Assembly: GCF_036365525.1 (NCBI RefSeq)
Contig: NC_090382.1
Span: forward strand, 33,401,298 to 33,465,297
DNA: 64,000 bases
Source of the DNA: Heterodontus francisci
Taxonomy: Eukaryota
Reading direction: 5' to 3'
Positions 58,901-64,000 of the stretch are shown here, in pieces; position 1 is the stretch's first letter, and each line of letters starts with the position of its first letter. A program made the position numbers and the translations under genes. The notes under the pieces are model-generated. The model did no database searches. It saw nothing but the letters and a program-made list of their open reading frames with translations, and was not told the DNA's origin.

Positions 58901-61900
58901 AGTCTGTGCCGACCATCAACCATGCATTTTATACTAATCCTACATTAATCCCATATTCCCTACCACATCCCCACAATTATCCTACAACCTACCTCCACTA
59001 GGGGCAATTTACAATGGCCAATTCACCTATCAACCTGCAAGTCTTTGGCTGTGGGAGGAAACCAGAGCACCCGGCGGAAACCTACGCGGTCACAGGGAGA
59101 ACTTGCAAACTCCACACAGGCAGTACCCAGAATCGAACCTGGGTCGCTGGAACTGTGAGGCTGTGGTGCTAGCCAACGTGCCACCCTTGTGCCTTGTAGA
59201 TGGTGGACAGGCTTTGGGGAATCAGGAGGTGAATTACTCACCGTAGGATTCCTAGCCTCTGATCTGTTCTTGTAGCCACGGTATTTATATGGCTACTCCA
59301 GTTCGGTTTCTGGTCAATGGTAGCCCCTAGGATGTTGATAGTGGGGGATTCAGTGATGGTAATGCCATTGAATGTCAAGGGGAAATGGTTAGATTCTCTC
59401 TTGTTGGAGATGGTCATTGTCTGGCACTTGTGTGGCGCAAATGTTACATGCCACTTATCAGCCCAAGCCTGGATATTGTCCAGGTCTTGCTGCATTTCTA
59501 CACGGACTACTTCAGTATCTGAGGAGTCACGAATGGTGCTGAACATTTTGCAATCATCAGCAAACATCCTCACTTCTGACCTTATGATTGAAGGAAGGTC
59601 ATTGATGAAGCAGCTGAAGATGGTTCGGCTAGGACACTACCCTGAGGAACTCTTGCAGTGATGTCCTGGAGCTCAGGTGATTGACCTCCAACAACCACAA
59701 CCATCTTCCTTTGCGCTAGGTATGACTCCAACCAACGGAGGGTTTCCCCCCCCCCCCGATTCCCATTGACCTCAGTTTTGCTAGGGCTCCTTGAAGCCAT
59801 ACTCAGTCAAATGCTGCCTTGATGTCAAGGGCAGTTAGTCGCACCTCACCTCTGGAGTTCAGCTCTTTTGCCCATGTTTGAACCAAGGCTGTAATGAGGT
59901 CAGGAGCTGAGTGGCCCTGGCGGAACCCAAACCGGGCGTCACTGAGCAGGTTATTGCTAAGTAAGTGCCGCTTGATGGCACTGTTGATGACACCTGCCAT
60001 CACATTACTGATGACTGAGAGTAGGCTGATGGGGCGGTAATTGCCGGGTTGGACTTGTCCTGTCTTTTGTTTACAAGGACATACCTGAGCAATTTTCCAC
60101 ATTGCCGGGTAGATGCCAGTGTTGTAGCTGTACTGGAACAGCTTGGCTAGGGGCGCAGCAAGTTCTAAAACGCAGGTCTTCAGTACTATTGCCAGAATAT
60201 TGTCAGAGCCCATAGCCTTTGCAGTATTCAGTGCCTTCAGTCGTTTCTTGATATCACGTGGAGTGAAGCGAATTGGCTGAAGTCTGGCATCTGTGATGCT
60301 GGGGACTTCAGGAGGAGGCTGAGATGGTTCATCAATTCAGCACTTCTGGCTGAAGATTGTTGCAAATGCTTCAGCCTTATCTTTCGCACTGATGTGCTGG
60401 GCTCCCCCATCATTGAGGATGGGGATATTTGTGGGATTTTGTGGGATAATTGTACTGTTTAATTTGTACTGCCACTCCTAAATTGGAAGTGAGCTAACTT
60501 CAATGGGATGAAAGTGGGCACCTCTCCAGATGGCGCTGTTGGGACTGAAGAGGTGTCGGGGGCCTCTGATTGGCTGGCAGCTCTTGGAGGCGAAACATTC
60601 TGCTTCAGAAGGGCGGAGGCCGCAACCTCAGACAATAAACTGCTTGAGCCACGCAAAATAGTGTCATGGTTTCCAGGGACAGTGGAGGCAGGCTCACCCG
60701 ACTTTCCAACAGGTGGGCAGTGCCATTGCCAGTGTTAAATCCTGGCCTATGACTCAACTTTCCTTCTAAAATGCATTACTTCACACTTTTCTGTGTTAAA
60801 TTTCATTTGCCTATTTCACCAGTCTATGTCCTCCTGATGTCTGCTACTATCCTTCTCACTGGGAACTATATTTCCCAGCTTTATGTCAATACTTGAAAAA
60901 AAATCAGAAAGGGTATGAAGAAAAGGCAGGGATGGATGAGTGATTAACTCTTTCAGAGAATTAGCATGGGTTTGAAGGACTGAATGGCCTCTCTGCTGTA
61001 AAATTCAATAATTCCCATTCTAAATGTTGTAGCTCCCTTTCAGAAGTTCCCATTGGAACAATGGGATCTATCTGTCATTTGGCAAATTTTAATGTCACAA
61101 GTAGCACATAGTATATGTTTCAAGGTAACCAGGATAAAGCACTCAAGAAACAGACCAAATGCACAAAACCACTGGGAGATTATCTCATTCAAAATGGTTT
61201 TTCAACAATTTATTCCTATGGCACTTGTCCTTAATCATTGCACAGCAGGTTTGCACATCAAGCATTCCAACTAAGCTCTGTCCCTTGACAGCACTGCTCA
61301 AATGAATAGTGCTTCAGCGGTCTGATGAAGCAGCTGTGTGGAAATCCAAAGTCTCTCCAAGCAATCTGTTGGCTATAAAATGTTAAAGGAAAACCCCACT
61401 ATGCTAAATTAGACCAAGAGGGAAATACATGACTCACTCTCTGTCCTTCTTCTAGTTTTCGGTCTGTATCAACTGTAAGATGTTTCATTCCAGCAGGAAG
61501 CTCGACCATGTCCTTGTATCGCTTCAATTCTGTAACACGGCAGAAAAACAGTCCATCACAAAACCTGCTGATTTTATGGAAAGCCATCACCAAGCATATT
61601 TTTAAAAATCTAAACTCAAGAATGATTCAAATTCTAAAGGCATTTGTCCTAGGGAAATTTCCATTGAGAAATTCCCACAAATCTGAATACCAAACATTCA
61701 AATTATTAGGAGATCCACATTAAAAATGACATTTAATGGGTGGATAGGAGAATAGAAACTGCCTTTCGAGACAGTAGACAAACCTGATCACAAAAGTAGT
61801 TAATTGCAACTTGCAGGTATGGAAGAACTAATGCAAAAATTGGACCAGAAGTTCGATTCCAGTTAGGTAAAGATTGCTTACACTGCCACAGGAGTCAGAA

Positions 61901-63591
61901 CGCTAGGTCACAGGCAATTGAACTGTGGAATGGAGTTCACAGCAAGTGGAATCTATGCCCATTAAAATTACTATGCCAGGGAAAAACAAACAAATACTGG
62001 GAATGTTCATTGCATTAAAGTCTGTAGTTAACCTCCATTAGTAGCTCAACTAGTTTGTTGGCTGATGACGATAACAAGACACACCTCCAGGAGGGGAAGG
62101 TGTAAAAAAAAAAGTGACAAACTGCAAGCTTAATAAATTAACTTTTGTTCCTCAAAAGAAATAAGAAAAGCATGTCATTTTGTTAATTTCAAAGAAATTA
62201 CAGCAAGTTTTCAGACAGGATTCAATGATGGTGTAATGAAAAAGTGGCATTTGAGCAACTAAAAAGCCCCCAGATGCCATCAATTGCATCCATGAGCAGG
62301 ACCAGTCAGTTGGCATGCAGGTCAGCAGCAGCTCTATGCTATTACACAGCTATGTATAAGTGACGTAAAGCCACCACCACTTCTGAATGCAACGAGCCAA
62401 GTGACTGCTGTGACAACCGTGGTGCTGATGCAGGCATATCAAGGCTGGTCACAGAACTAAAAGTATTACAATGTTTCCCTATGTGTAATCTCCAACTTCA
62501 TAGTAGCAGGTAAGTAGATAGAACCACAACACCACACACAGCTTCAGCTTTTCTTTTAAATTAAAGTAAATCTTGTGACAGGGGAGTTAAGTGAGTATCT
62601 GATGATGTGCTCTATTACAGTGGCACATGAACTCTAAATAATTGTAGGCTGTCATTTAGCTTGTCTTTTCCTTTCTTTTTAAGTCCCTTACTCCACACCC
62701 GAGTTTTAATGATGTTCAAAATAAAACTAATTTAAACTGATTCTCTCAATGTGGGATGTGGGAATACATGGCTTCAGGCTTCACTGGACCGACTCCAAAG
62801 GTGATCCCTGTGAGTGCCCGGACTGTCCTGCAGGATAACGAATTTACAGCACTGATGACCTTCAATGCCAGTGGTTGTGTCATGCAAATGGTTTACTGTC
62901 CCTGCAAGTTGTCATGGCCCAGGTGGCTCACCTGTCACAGCCTACGTCATTATTCTGAACTTCCTCATCCACTCTATTCAAGTGGCTGACTCTATTCAGC
63001 AGGTCTGCTAGCCAAGGTGGTGCCTGCAAGTTACCAGCTGCCTTCCCTTTTGCTCCACTACAATAAAGCCACCAATGACATTCTCTAGGGAAGAAATTCT
63101 TATTCAGTTCTGTTGATATTTTGAAATCTTCTCACTTGTTAATCTTACCAAGAGTATATATTCACTTTTAATAGTTGGGCAGCCTTGAATGCTGAATTAA
63201 TGTATTAATGGTCATTAATAAGGCCTTAATTAAGATACATTCGCCCTACCTCGTCACAATTGTACTTTTTCTTTTTACATTTTTTGAACAGTAGTATTGC
63301 TGAGTAGCACTGACCACGAATAAATCATCTGTTGGCTCTTCCCATCTACCATTTGCTAAAATTAGCAAATGATAGTGCTAGCCCTGAGGTACACTAACCT
63401 TCTGCACTGAAAGCTGCTTCTGCTTTGCTTTGTTCCAGCTCAGTTTTTACATTTACAAGTTCCAGTTGCAGATTGTGCAGTTCATCACGGAGTTGCGTAT
63501 TGGCCAAATGAACAGATTGTCTTGTCAGCCGGCCAGTGGACTTTCTCTCTGCCTTCAACTGCTGAATAGTTGCCTCTAGTTCACAGATTTT
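55611..63591 (-). CDS. KIF20A: Kinesin-6 family KIF20A (MKLP2/rabkinesin-6), 3' part only, last four coding exons: complement(join(55611..55931,57964..58101,61438..61529,63399..63591)); the gene continues beyond the window
   Basis: Spliced translation ...KICELEAT...SAEELKRYKDM...VDTDRKLEEGQRNVKALQKELQKIGQALQTSERACCHNTGA...DHTLAELQ..VKLDLKKKNACIAEQYHTV...QPPPGKKPFL...ILRSR matches the KIF20A C-terminus as recalled. Introns are GT-AG and phase-consistent, and the position is syntenic with CDC23. Confidence 0.93.
56345..56753. mobile_element. Degraded Harbinger-type MITE in the last KIF20A intron
   Basis: Imperfect TIRs AGGCACAATTTTATGG / CCACAAAATTCTGCCC; flanks TTG/TTA. Confidence 0.65.
57964..58101 (-). 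CDS. KIF20A: KIF20A penultimate exon (NVKALQKELQKIG...SERACCHNTGAENLRRTLAKCEDLMVKQ)
   Basis: Acceptor ttttcag, donor gtatgt; 138 nt; ERACCH motif. Confidence 0.93.
58330..60447 (-). mobile_element. L2/CR1-like LINE (RT and 3' end) with a nested SINE, inserted in a CR1 remnant
   Basis: NYRPISLLS, FGFRQGHS, ALDIKAAFD, VPQGSVL, MFADDCK; 7-bp TSD AATTGTA (58323-58329 and 60448-60454). Confidence 0.9.
58845..59185 (-). mobile_element. HE1-type tRNA-derived SINE
   Basis: Alignable with the copies at 12983 and 16639; the host LINE is contiguous around it. Confidence 0.88.
60480..60747. mobile_element. Right-end fragment of a Harbinger-type MITE
   Basis: Terminus TTAAATCCTGGCC followed by TAT; internal CTGATTGGCTGGCAGCTC resembles the MITE at 11788. 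Confidence 0.55.
61438..61529 (-). CDS. KIF20A: KIF20A exon (ELKRYKDMVELPAGMKHLTVDTDRKLEEGQR)
   Basis: Acceptor gtgttacag, donor gtgagt; 92 nt; KLEEGQ motif. Confidence 0.9.
63399..63591 (-). CDS. KIF20A: KIF20A coiled-coil exon (KICELEATIQQLKAE...ELEQSKAEAAFSAE)
   Basis: Polypyrimidine tract plus caaag acceptor, donor gttagt, phase matches the next exon; acceptor position less certain. Confidence 0.8.
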
Positions 63592-64000
63592 CTTTGAATT
63601 GGAGGGAAAAAACAAAATCTCACTCAAAAAAAAATTGAGGCCAAGGAGGTATTAGTGTTCTTCTAGGGAGGATAAAAACAAGTATCCCAACTAGAAGTGC
63701 AGCACTTTAAAAAAATTAAGAGATCTCTTGCCTCTGAAACTTATTGCTTTCAATATTAACACTATTAACACAGCAGGGTTTCTTGGTAGTCATTATTATA
63801 AAGTTATAAAAATACTCATTTGCCAAGAATTACATTTTTACCAATTTTTATGGAAAGAGTGAATGCTGGGGGTGGGGGCAGTGGAATAGCACACTTGGGC
63901 ACTTAACTTTGAAGCACAGACACAATTCCAACATCTTAGGTGGCAGAGTGTGAGGTATGACAATGATGGAGGGCAAAAGACAAGGTGATAAAGAGACTTA

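Overview
Eukaryotic (vertebrate) genomic DNA. The repeat content (HE1-type and SacSINE1/Deu-type SINEs, abundant CR1 LINEs, Penelope-derived palindromes) points to a cartilaginous fish, most likely a shark. The window holds a complete 16-exon CDC23/APC8 gene on + (ATG 20694, stop 53443, 1734 nt CDS, 577 aa, all introns GT-AG and phase-consistent). It also holds the last four coding exons of KIF20A on - (stop 55611), arranged tail-to-tail as in human. The first ~20 kb is a nest of transposons: a decayed two-gene PIF/Harbinger element carrying a solo LTR, an RTE LINE and a SINE, followed by CR1, L2/CR1-like and RTE LINEs, SINEs and Harbinger-type MITEs. The most striking unexplained structure is the CDC23 proximal promoter. 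It consists almost entirely of a 28-bp-period tandem array of 10-11 inverted CCAAT (NF-Y) boxes ending ~30 nt before a TISU/YY1-like start context, and it is bounded upstream by a tail-to-tail inverted pair of RTE LINEs. Other notable items are a hammerhead-ribozyme-like motif in a Penelope-type palindrome in intron 5, a SINE-head/LINE-tail chimera, microhomology deletions in an RTE copy, and a rare GAG splice acceptor flanked by in-frame alternatives. Family and gene assignments come from recognition of translated motifs, not database searches.
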